Positions 32,301 to 43,557 of a DNA stretch of 64,000 nucleotides are shown here, piece by piece (positions within the stretch are counted from its first letter, which is position 1; every line of letters starts with the position of its first letter). The stretch covers positions 124,001 through 188,000 of the forward strand of contig NIVC01000346.1 of assembly GCA_002269645.1 (NCBI GenBank), read 5' to 3'. The DNA is from Macrostomum lignano. Its lineage: Eukaryota. Made by a program: the position numbers and the translations under genes. The notes beneath the pieces are model-generated. The model ran no database searches, was not told the DNA's origin, and saw only the letters and a program-made list of their open reading frames with translations.

Positions 32301-33127
32301 GAAGGCCGATTATTGATTGGGTATTCTGAAGGCCGATTATTGATTGGGTATTTTGAAGGCCGATTATTGATTGGGTATTTTGAAGGCCGATTATTGATTG
32401 GGTATTTTGAAGGCCGATCATTGATTGGGATATTTTGAAGGCCGATTATTGATTCTGGGATTTTTGAAGGCCGATTATTGATTGGGTATTTTGAAGGCCG
32501 ATTATTGATTGGGTATTTTGAAGGCCGATTATTGATTGGGTATTCTGAAGGCCGATTATTGATTGGGATTTTTGAAGGCCTATTATTGATTGGGATTTTT
32601 GAAGGCCGATCATTGATTGGGATATGTTGAAGGCCGATCAGTGATTGGGATTTTTGAAGGCCGATCATTGATTGGTAATTTTGAAGGCCGATTATTGATT
32701 GGGATTTTTGAAGGCCGATTACTGATTTGGGATTTTTGAAGGCCGATTATTATTAGGACAGTTTGAAGGCCGATCATTAATAGGGATTTTTGAAGGCCGA
32801 TTATTAATTGGGATTTTTGAAGCCCGATTGTTGGTAGGATATTTAGAAGGACGATTTTTAATATCTAATTGTTAAAGGACGAATCCAAAATTGGGAATTT
32901 TATTGAGCCACTTCTCAATGCCATTCTGAAGTTGAATTCTGAAAAGTTGATTTATTAATTACCTTTCGAATTTCTGCAATTTTATTATCATCCAACAGCA
33001 GCACTTCCAGGGTTGCTTCATTTTTAAAAGCGTCCATTGGCACCTCCAGTAGACGTTGGCCAGTGAAGTCCAGGGTTCGAATCTCAGCCAATCGCTTTGG
33101 CCGAAATGAGCACAACAGACGCTCCAT
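23315..33127 (-). CDS. LAP-family protein (LRR array + LAPSD + one C-terminal PDZ; Erbin/Densin-180/LET-413 architecture), about 1197 aa; exons 33127-32963, 31674-31557, 31446-31368, 30310-30221, 28871-28751, 28455-27823, 26562-26167, 25304-23315 (apparent frameshift at about 23721-23747)
   Basis: All introns are GT-AG with matching phases (0,1,2,2,0,0,0). N-terminus RTLDFTGQRLLEVPMDAFKNEATLEVLLLDDNKI; successive LxxLxLxxNxLxxLP repeats; LAPSD motif ALWLSDNQSEPMPRLQ...VLTCYLLPQ; PDZ GGLGFSIA...VSRVSPDGPAFGRLRPGDRLVEANG. The exon at 30221-30310 (LPDELTDLVNLKHLLLNQCSIVKLPHCIG) was found manually and is not in the ORF track. Confidence 0.88.
24060..25010 (-). repeat. 27-bp coding minisatellite encoding about 35 copies of PPS(P/S)NHQ(SV/RM)
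   Basis: In frame with the acceptor at 25304; no stop codon in the reading frame. Confidence 0.9.
25400..26070 (+). repeat. TTCAG-core minisatellite (e.g. TTCTTCAGCGACACTTCAGAGACG), LAP intron 7
   Basis: Tandem degenerate units. Confidence 0.9.
26620..27720 (+). repeat. 27-bp minisatellite TTCAGGGGAGAGTCTTCAGGAAAACAC, LAP intron 6
   Basis: Tandem units with higher-order duplication. Confidence 0.94.
28490..28700 (+). repeat. About 33-bp tandem repeat ATGACCTGATGAGTACTCTCATGACC..., LAP intron 5
   Basis: About 6 units. Confidence 0.85.
29032..29325 (+). mobile_element. tRNA-derived SINE with CORE-like central domain, family A (copy 1)
   Basis: A box TAGCCTAGTGGTTAGAGCG; B box GGGTTCGATTCCC; central CCTTGAGCAAGGCACTTAAC...TCAGTTCACCCAGCTGTAAAATGGG resembles the MIR/CORE domain; (ATT)n tail; second copy at 58444-58720. 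Confidence 0.85.
30680..31300 (+). repeat. 25-bp minisatellite CCAGTCTGACATCAGATCTGATTCC, LAP intron 3
   Basis: About 24 units, each containing the palindrome TCAGATCTGA. Confidence 0.95.
31780..32830 (+). repeat. 27-bp minisatellite GAAGGCCGATTATTGATTGGGTATTTT, LAP intron 1
   Basis: About 35 units. Confidence 0.95.
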
Positions 33128-35261
33128 TGATTAAACAATGGGCTTGAATATCAATTATGTTTATTGCAGTTTCTTGCTGGACTTGCTAAAAAAAACGTTT
33201 TATTTGAATAGAAAAAAATAACTAGGATAATTTTACAAATCTAAATGTCCAAGCAATTCCTAAACAAAAACCGCATGCTTAAGCAAATCAACTGACTGTT
33301 ATTTAAGTCTCCAGACTTTTATGGTGTATAGTACAGATTTATAACATCTCATATCTTAGGAAACATTTGTATATTCCATTAAATAAGTAATATATGTAAT
33401 AATTATTTCAGACCTTCTTTAAATTTACACCAATCTATGACTCATGCTTGTAAAGAATATAGCTAGCTTGTTTTGGCTTGGTCTAACCACTCACTCTAGT
33501 ATCTATACAAGGGACTTGATGGTAAAAGTATTGCCAATTTGTCACACCAACATTAGACTATACACATTCTACCATTGAAAAATTGTGATTTCTTAAAAAA
33601 AATTTGTTAGCAAGGAAGGAGACTAGGATATAGAATAAGGAAAATAGAGTTCGTCACTCTCTGTACTTTACTCTGTTGAAATACTTTTCAAAAACCCATA
33701 GACCTGCATTAGGAGTTCTAGAAAACTTGAAGATGCACCTGACACCTAGAAAATATTAGGTATGCCATCCCATACCAACCATACCATTTTAACCATCCCA
33801 TACACAGATTCAATCTAATGCGATTATATGATTTATACATGGTTTTAAATATATTAATTTCTATGGTAATATTTGTAATTACAATATATTTTTGTTTTAA
33901 GTGGACCAAAAAGTTTTTAAACAAGTTTTGGTCTGAATAAGAGCAACCTTGACTACAACCTTTCCTCATTTCAAAGAAGCCAACTACTAGGAATGAGCTA
34001 ATAAGTAGTGTTTCAAGTAAATATCAAATATTGCATCTAACCTATAAATGTAGTTTTTTTTTTAAATAAAGTTGAAAGAAATCATATAATATATGTGCAG
34101 GGCCCCTCCTGATTCTTTTACAAAATTGATAATTGTATAACTCATTTTGAATGTGTGCCAAATCTAGGAAAACACATTTGTTATAATACATGTATTTTTC
34201 ATAATATTTTATGCAAACTAATTTTTGTTTAAACTAGCAATAAATTTTAGTATAAATAGAAGCATTTTTGGTGGAGGAGAGACCAACCTCATGCATTGTG
34301 GTTGCTTAAAAAAGAAAGCCAGTATCAAATAGTAAGAGTTCCAAGTAAACATTATTGAAGATTGTTTTCCGAGTTATTCATTTGCAGAAGAGAAGTGAAG
34401 TAGATGGAGGTGTACACAGTATATACTACTAAGAAGCAGAAGTAGTAGCTACCAAAATTTATAAAGACAGAAGTTAAGCCCTGTTACAACTTTGGTGACC
34501 TCAGTAGGATTTTTAATAGAGAGAAGCTTTAGCCCATTACAACTTGGTGGCATTAATGGAATAGCTAAAAGAGGGAAGCAAACCCACTATGACAACTTTG
34601 CTAACATTGTGGGATTATTCATAAAGACAGAAGGTTAGCCCTTTGACATATATTAGTAGTAGGGAAGATATATACTCTGCTGCCAGAATTTTGTATAAAA
34701 GCCATAGGCCTAGTGTGTGAATATATGAGCCTATGTAAAAGAGGCCAAGATAGATTTTTTATAAATGATAACCAACTCAGTGAGTGACATTAAATTAGTT
34801 TTACAAAACAACTCTGCCCCAATAATTTTTGCAGATTGAACTTCAAAAATAAGTGAATCTGCTTCCAAATACTAGGGTATTTAAACTTTTTTGATAGTAG
34901 AAATACATGGACCTATGCTTTCTTAAATATGCTTGATAATGTATGCATGTATAAAGAAAAAGCAATGTAATTAATTGATCACAGAAATATGAGGGGTGTT
35001 TTATAAGTACTTGAACTTTTTTATGCTGCTCATAAACAACATAATCAATCATTACAAGTTAGATGTTGCTAGAAAGTGGCTTTTCCCTTTTACAATTTGC
35101 TACTAGAATCATTTGGTTCCATCATTTTTATCAAAATTTACAACTACATATGTAGCAAAAGGTCACCTATAGGCTTACTAGAAATTTGGAGAAGAGTAAT
35201 TGCAACATTAAACTGGGAAAACAGAGATGTGTGGTGATTAGCAGCAACTTTTTTTACTCGA

Positions 35262-35560
35262 ATAGATGCACTTGGACCATCTGGTAAGCATGCTATTAAT
35301 GGTGTCTATGTACAGCTGTTGAGAGATGATGTAGAGCAGAATTCCCCTAACTTCCTCATTGATCTGGTTCCTGTTTTCATACACTCATTCTTTCAGGTGG
35401 CACTTCAATTCTGGGAACAAAACAAAGTCTGCAAGTGCCAGATCTGGAGAGTATGGAGGATGAGAGAACCCTGATCTTTAGCTTTCCAATTGCTTCAACG
35501 GTCCTTTGGGCCATGTGAGGTCTTGTGTTGTCCTTCTTTTGAGTTCATGTTCATGGTGAT
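35262..35560 (-). mobile_element. Degenerate mariner (DD34D) transposase C-terminal fragment
   Basis: Minus strand gives DNTRPHMAQRTVEAIGKLKIRVL, a frameshift, then HPPYSPDLALADFVLFPELKCHLKE*VYENRNQINEEVRGILLYIISQQLYIDTINSMLTRWSKCI. These match the mariner DNARPH, YSPDL and RWxKCI motifs. Confidence 0.85.
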
Positions 35561-38203
35561 GCAGCAGCCAAGGTGGACAATGTGCTCTTCAAACAGTAAG
35601 AAAAAGCAATGAAATTGATAGACCTCCCCCTTTGCGCTGTCAGTATATGTAGTGCCAAGAATGCCATCCACTGTGCCATCTAGGAACCCCCAATCAGCCA
35701 TGACTGCTTAAATCTCACCTATAGCCACCTCAACATCACTTTAAGAAAAACCTCATCACTGAACAAGCCAATGCCATGCTCCTCACCTGCATCTATTTGG
35801 GGCATTATCTTTTCTTGAGCCTACTATAGTGTCATCAACCTGTCAGTCAATCTCTCATGCCTTCTCTATTGTCACCAATGCAATGACCTGGAATAGTGGT
35901 TTTACTGCTTGGCCTTTGCTAGTGATATGCTCCATTTCCTTTGGAGGACACTCCATTGATGTCAGCAGCATTTTAGATAACCCCTTTAAGCTAGTTAGGC
36001 ACTGCTTCGTAACAGTGTCTAGGTACAATCTACCTCATATATACATACATACAATGATAGCAGGCAATCCCTATTCTTAAAAAAATATAGAACATGCCTA
36101 GATGCTAATATAAGTTAGCCTGTCCAATATTATTTGTGATCTTGAGTCAAGCCTTATGCCTCTACTACTACTACTACCATCACTATGATTCAATCTGCAG
36201 CTATAACTACTAATAGCTGCATTCTACTATTGGCATTCAACTTATTGAACTTTGCATACAGAGGGGCCTAGTGTGCCCTCTTGGCATATAGCTTAGCATA
36301 TAGAGTTTGCCAAGACAGCAAGTGGGACCAAAGTTCTGAGTCCCAATCAATGTATATAGTTAATATACATAAAAATGATTAAGTTTAAGTTTGGCAAATT
36401 ACATGTACATAGTTAGATTAGCTAAATTTTAATCAAAATGAGTAGCTCCTTGCCCTTTCAAAAAGAATAGAAAACTAAAAAAATGTATTTAACTTTTCTT
36501 AGAAGTTAAAAGTAAAACAAAAATGTTAAATTAAAATAAACTAGTTTTAACTGATCATTTTTTAATATTAAATTTTGTGAGCCCTAAATATTGAATTCTT
36601 ATTTTTAATTTTTGTTTTGGCATTTATTTGTATATGATAAAAGTTCATTCATTGGCATACATGGGTTATACCAAATTCATCAACAACTAATTTGTCAATA
36701 GACCTAAAATTTAAGAAATTGAAGGAAATCAAATTTGTCAACAATTAAACCAAGCTGGGTGATTTTGTCAACAATAAAACATATTACTATAAAATTTATT
36801 CCTTAATGCAATAATTGTAAATTTCTATTGTAATTTAGCCAGTTTAAAATCTATAGGTTATAACAGGTTGTATAAAAATATCAAATAAAAACCATTTGCC
36901 TTTGTTATCTTATATGTATCTTCTCAATAGGCTTGTGTTTTTGATTTTCAGTGTGTAATAAATATATACTAGCTAGTCAATAGTAATGTTGGGCATGATA
37001 CTCAAAAAAGTATCAATGAAAACTGATCCTCCAATATCCATTCTAAAAAAATATTGCCAATAACTAAAAGTCTGATATCCCAATTTGAGTTTTGTCAATA
37101 CCCTAATTCCAATACTTTATTCCAATACTAGTTTTTTTTTAAAAAGCAATGTCCAACAAGTATAAATATATAATTTAAGCTTATCAGACCTTTTCCTAAA
37201 TATATAGGAAAAAAGCAAGCTTAACATTGTTTTAAATGAAGAAACCTTTAGTAAATAAAAAAATAAATCAAAAACAATCAGTTGCCACTATAGTCAATCA
37301 GATAACTACCTATTAGCCACTGTAGTCAGTCTACTTTATGTCTATTAGTATTATTATTGTTCTAGTATAGTATAGTAGCTTTAGGTCTATAATTGCTATA
37401 CATGCACACTTAATTCCTTAGCCTTTTAGTTGGGTATTAGATGTACTTAGTCAGCCAGCCAGACCAACTACTCTAAGCCAAGGTACAGACTTTAAAGCCT
37501 TATCTCTGATTTGGCAATACCTTGCCATGCTGCTCTTTATACATACATATAAACCTACATGCAAATTGAGTCATTTTCTCTTTCCTTGGCCAATTCAACT
37601 TGGCCTTACCCAATATGTGCTTTTAATAGTGAATTTATTTATTTGTTGCTGACTAATTATTTATATCATTCACTAACTTGCTTATGTTATTATATCCTAT
37701 TGGAAAAAATGTTGAAAACCTGCAGACACATACTTTAGAAAAGAGTCAAATTATTTTACTGCGCTTTAGGATTGTAGATGTTCCATTTCATTGAAATAAA
37801 AGTTTGCTAACTTTCCAAAATTGAAATTGAAATTTTCCAAAACCAAAATTCAAAATAACAAAGTTTAGTATCACCAACACTCACTTATTACTTTCAATTT
37901 ACTACTAATGCAAAATGAAATACATGTACTGGTATATGTAGCAGAAATTAGTTTATTTTTAGCAAATTTTTTAGACACTTCTAAAATTTTGACTTCTAAT
38001 TTTTTTTAGAAATTGAACTTTACTCTTTGCCATTTACAGTTTTACAACTTTTTCCTATAGGGTTACTATAGTGTAGTGCTAGTATATTTACTATTGTAGA
38101 AATTGTAAAATCAATCGGCAATTGGTGACTGACAGTGAAAGTATTGTAGAACTTGTGGCATGATAATTGATAAATTTTAATGATAATTACTAATTACCAA
38201 CTA

Positions 38204-38389
38204 TGAGCTCATACATGCACAACTTTGGGAATCACTTGGCCATTTCCATTGGCAACACACACATGTAAGTTGCTATTGGCTGAGACCAGTCATGTGACTA
38301 CTTTTCTATCCAATAGCAACTTACATGTGTGTTGCCAATAGAAATGGCCGAGTGAATCGCAAGGTTTTGCCCAAGCATGTATGAGCTTA
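38204..38389. mobile_element. Palindromic (foldback) MITE flanked by TA
   Basis: TA|TGAGCTCATACATGC...GCATGTATGAGCTTA|TA; arms of about 90 bp are largely complementary. Confidence 0.75.
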
Positions 38390-39581
38390 TAATTATACTA
38401 TTTTAATCTAAAAACTGGTTTTAAAAAAGAAAATATCTATTTTTTACTTTTATTGACTAAAATGAAATATTTACATTACTTTCTATAAATTATGTCATTA
38501 TTTCCTTTGTTTTAAAGAAATTTTTATTGTTTGCATGTTTAAAATTTCAAAAGTATCAGACTGTTAGACTAAAAAGAACATTTGAGAATTGTATTAGAAG
38601 TTACCAAAGTCCGATATTGCAATGTTGTAGCCAGGAATTTCAATTGGAAAGGGCAGGTCCAAGGTTGGCTTGGCTAGCCATGTCTAATGCCATTGCCATT
38701 GCCACTTTGCACATATATCAGCATTATACAACATGCTATACCATAGTGATAGCCAATGGCCCAATCTCAATGTTATGTTCTATTTGCATAATGGTTTTAT
38801 AATGGTATTGCATAGCATTACATCATGGTTCCTATTTCTCTCTTTGCTTTGTTTTTGGTACTTGCCATGCCTAACCCTACTTCCCAAGTGATTGGAGGGG
38901 GGGCAGCAGCCCCCTGGCTATGCCACTACAATATTGTTGAAAAAATTATTGGTTTCTAATATTTTAATATACAAAAGGTATCATTAATAGTATTAAAGTA
39001 TTGGAATTATACCCAGCATTGGTCAATAATATATTGTCAGGTAGGGGCCCAACTGAATTTGTCAATTTGGTAGCACTTAGATATATATATACATAGGGCC
39101 TATATGTATATTAGCATACATAAGCTAAAGAAGCAATTTATGTTTTAACATACACTAGTACACAATTGATAATCCTGACCCTAGTATTCTACTTGGCCCA
39201 ATTCTAAAAAGCCTAGAGAATCTAAAAGCCTAATTTGAATTTAAATTAAGATGACATAAGTTAAGCTTGCCTTTTGGCTTTTGCCTTAAATAACACTAAC
39301 AAAGAAAAGTGCCCTAGGTTTTTTTCATCCATAACTTTGCATTTTCAAGACCAGGATGCAGTCAAAAACTGGTCTAACATAATACTACTCAATATCCATA
39401 ATACTAAATTGTGAAATCCATATCACATCCTTGCAAAAAATTCTGGTGCACTTTTTGCACCCTGAGTCAAATTTCAGGGTGCGATTTTTAAGACCAGGAT
39501 GCTATTTGCACACATTCGCACAAAAAACCCAGTAGAAAACCCAAGTTTAATCTAGAATATTGAAATTGAATTGCATATCAT

Positions 39582-40544
39582 CCATAGTCAAGAAGGTGGC
39601 AAGTGCACGCGGGAATCAATTTATGAAAAAAAATCCTTGGTGCACGCCAATGTACGTCAATTTTTTAAAACCCTTAACATGATGTTTCTGTTGCACGCCA
39701 AAAATCTTGAATACCAAAAATCATGTACGCCGAAAATTGTGTACACCGTATTAGATATGTAATGTATCTCCATATCTATTTTAAAAGGAAACATATTTTG
39801 TACTTATTTCTCACTTATTATTTGTATTTCATATTTGTATTCTGTTTCTGCATTTACTGTACTTTTTAGTGTATATATATAATTTTGCATAATTGTTTTA
39901 TAATGTAGTTTGTTTTATTGCTCAATGTAACTAATATATAATAAATATTGCTTGTAAGAGTTCGCCGCGCTCTGATTTGGCATTTTCGACTGATCGTGAT
40001 AATTCAAGTGACAGTCCTCGGCATTCATTTCGTTACAGATACTATTTTTAAATAAATTTTCTACTTACGTTAAACAAAGTTTATATAAAAAAAGGAAATT
40101 CGCTACAAAGAACATAGTGAGTATCAAAAACTTTTTCTTCACATTTCAAGAAACAAATAAACTAAAAGTCTACAAGAGTCACAAAATAAGAGCGTTTAAA
40201 AGTTATTGGATATTTTAATTTTAATGTAGGCTGTAAAGTGTAGGCCTGGCTATAGGCTAGGCTGTAGCCTCAACTAGTTGGTTTAATCAATATTCAAATT
40301 CAATTGTTCACGTTTAACTTTATATATTGTATATATATAGTGTATACATCTATATCTGACTTGTTGATATACTGTCAGTTTGTAATTGCACGCCAAGGTT
40401 ACACGCCAAGTAAAAAACTTGTACGCTGAAAATTTAGGCGTGGCTTGAGACCCCTATTTGCACGCCAACTTTGCACGCCAAAATTTTAGCGTGGCTTGTG
40501 CATGTGGGAAAATTCCCGCGTGCAGGCCACCTTCCTGAGTATGG
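39582..40544. mobile_element. Non-autonomous DNA transposon, 19-bp TIR CCATAGTCA(A/G)GAAGGTGGC, 8-bp TSD CATATCAT
   Basis: TSD at 39574-39581 and 40545-40552; TIRs match at 17/19; subterminal GCACGCC/GTACGC motifs at both ends. Confidence 0.88.
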
Positions 40545-40758
40545 CATATCATATATATGCCATACACCCATATGTAATATATACCAACATTGGAAAAGAC
40601 TAAATAAAATAAGTAAATTGAATATCAAGTCTTAAAATTTAAACTATGACTGAAAGTATTAATAAATAATAATTAATAATTAATAAAAATAAATAAATGA
40701 GAAAATATTTATAGACCATAATAATCCCATATGAAAGCTTAGATAAAGAAGGGGAGCC

Positions 40759-41422
40759 CCATAGTCAGGAAGGTGGCAGTTTGGTCGGAAAATTCCGGCG
40801 CACACAAGCCCTTTTTGGGCACACAACGGCGCACAACGGCGCACAGCGGCGCGCTACAACAGCGCACAGCGGCGCACTGGCGCACAGCGGCGCACAACGG
40901 CGCACACCAGAGGACACCGGCGCATGGCGGCGCGGCGCGGCGGGCGCCGCGCCACATGCAGCGTTACCCTTGTGGCGATCCCATGTAACGATGTAAGTCG
41001 TTACTTGTTACAGTACACTATTCACTGTTCTATCTAATGTAACACTGCATTCTACCAAAAAATAAAAAATAAAATAAAATATTTTCCTTTTCCTTTTTAC
41101 CTTTGTTTTTGCCATTTGCTTACTTTTTATGTTTGTTTTGTTTTAAAAATTAGAAATTAAGTTAAAAATTTTTTAAATTTCTATTTTCGGTTTAACGATC
41201 TCAATTTCTCATAATATAATATAGATAGCCCGTAACCGTCCCGTATATTGGCGCACAAAAATTGTTGCTATGTTGTAAAAAAAGGTCTTTTATTGTCGCA
41301 AGGCAGGTAGTGGCGGGCGCACAACGGCGCACACAAGGGTTTTTGTGTCGGCGCACGGCGCACAATTTTGGGAGAGGCCAAAATTTGTTCCGGCGCACAC
41401 TCTGCCACCTTCCTGACTATGG
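40759..41422. mobile_element. Non-autonomous DNA transposon, 21-bp perfect TIR CCATAGTCAGGAAGGTGGCAG, 8-bp TSD GGGGAGCC
   Basis: TSD at 40751-40758 and 41423-41430; subterminal GGCGCACA repeats at both ends. Confidence 0.92.
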
Positions 41423-42289
41423 GGGGAGCCAAAAAGCAGGAATTAAAACTCAGCGGGCCTAGCTATTGGCATGGGCATGGCCATGAGCGGCGACAATTGT
41501 GTCGGCGTACGCATTTCCAGCCTGGCCTGGGCAGAGAAAATTACACAAAAGTAATATACACATGATTGAGTGTATAGAAAAAAAGATAATAATATACAGT
41601 ATAAAAGTAAGTGAATAAGAACAAGTAATAGTAGGGCCATGGCTTAAAATTTAATAGAATCGTTGATCCGATAAGCTCAACTTAAAAATTTCACACTTGG
41701 TGACATGCTAATTAATTGGAATGCAATCAAAATGCGCGAGTTATGCATGATACACGTACTTCGTGGTCGGAACGTCGTATCATCGATCCGGGACTCATTT
41801 AAAACAGTACGAAGAATTCTATGAAACAAACATTTTAGCTGTCAAAATATATCACGTAAAAATCATATTAATTTTATGCATGCAATGCAAAAAACGGTTT
41901 AGTAGTCTTTTCCAAATTTAGTGAATGTCAAATTAAATTATTAAAAGTAGTACAGACATTTCATCACACATGTTAACAAAAGTGGGTAGTGCAACGGAAT
42001 GAAACAGTGAAAATTGTACATTGTAAATATATTTAGGATTGTTCTTATTAACACCTCATACCTTGAAACAGAAAGAAGTTAGTCAAAAAGGCATATTTTA
42101 CATAACTGACCTTCAAATCGGAAAACTCGTTTCATTGCTACATCCACAAGAAACTCCAAGCCTACAGTAGATCGACGTGTTTAACATGCATAGTCATATG
42201 CGTAATATAATTGTAAACTGGGGTCAAAAAATGTTTTAATTTTTAATTTTTAGAGAAGACCCTAAATCAACATTTTAGTTTCTTAGACT

Positions 42290-42830
42290 TGCCAATGCAT
42301 CTCGACCACAATCGGTCATCTTCAGGGCAGACATGCACGTCGATCAATTAATCACACAGAAACCATGTTAATATACTTTATTTAAGAAATGAAAACTGTT
42401 CAATGTCATGTACAAATCAGTTTTAGTCCAGTCCGGTTAACAACAGAAAGAAAAACCTGAATAAAGTTAATGAGACTGCCAACCTAGCTAAAACACATTG
42501 AGTTAGCGGCTTGCACCCCCATGGCTCTAGCTGGATCATGTTCAAATTTGGTTTCTGAGCCTTAATGTACATCGCCTCGAGAATGTTCAGTTTGTTTTCT
42601 TTGCTATAGGAATCGATAACTTTAAACATATCACAACAGTTCATATTGCAGCAGGAGTTGCACGTGAGAAGGTGCTCATTGATGGCAGAATTTCTAATCC
42701 AGTGTTCCTTAACCCTTGTGTTCCAGTGTCGCTTAGTTTTACCAATTTAGGTGATGTTCTGATCCACAGAACAATGAAATTTATAAACGACCTTGTAATC
42801 TGTTCTAGGAATGGATGAAGCCGTCAAAGT
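42290..42830 (-). mobile_element. Penelope-like element relic (GIY-YIG endonuclease and 3' region)
   Basis: Minus strand gives KVVYKFHCSVDQNIT*IGKTKRHWNTRVKEH...SAINEHLLTC...ILEAMYIKAQKPNLN, the typical PLE GIY-YIG pattern with the YIG tyrosine mutated to a stop. Confidence 0.85.
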
Positions 42831-43557
42831 AATAATTAGCTGCACTGACATTTACATGTAACTCGCGATTCTACTCATTTCGGAAGCTAACTGTTTTTGC
42901 ACCTAAGATGTCGACATTGAATATACTGTATATCTTATATACAGTCTATAAGAAAGCGTTTATGTGCTTTTTATGGAGTTCTCAAACTCTACTAATGATA
43001 AACTGAGTTTAATATCTGATTAAAAAGATAATAACTTTCATTTGGTTGGATTATATTAACGATAGAAAAGTAGACAAAGCAACATTAATTGAATCGTAAA
43101 ATCTCTCACAGCCCCCAATGATGAAGTAGAAGCGTCTTGCTGACTGTCGTGTACACTAAAAGAGTTGCGGGAGGGGGGACAGTGTGCATGGCTATGGCCA
43201 ATATTTAATTAACAGCTCCAGCAACTGGGATCTGGGAGGCTGGCCCAGCAACTGACATTCTGGGAGGCTGTCAAACATGAAGCCAGAAAACTGATCTCGT
43301 CCTGCGAGGTTTGAACCAATTTTTTACATGTAGTACGAGTATGCATGTAGTATGTCAAACGTTCTGCGTATTAGCTATAAATGAATTATCACACCTGCAA
43401 ACAGCCCGCATAACGGTAAACGAGTTAGCAAACAAGGCATCTGTCTGCAAATTTACCAAGACGCGATTCCATTTCACGATATTTGACTTCAGTTTATATG
43501 CAATTGCAGCTTCATTTAATTAAAGCCAGCTCCCTATATAATAGCTGACGAAGTTTT

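Noticed and set aside
36985-39030. Possible decayed hAT-like element (ATGTTGGG / CCCAGCATT ends with CAATAC motifs)
   Set aside because: The ends are too degenerate and no TSD can be identified.
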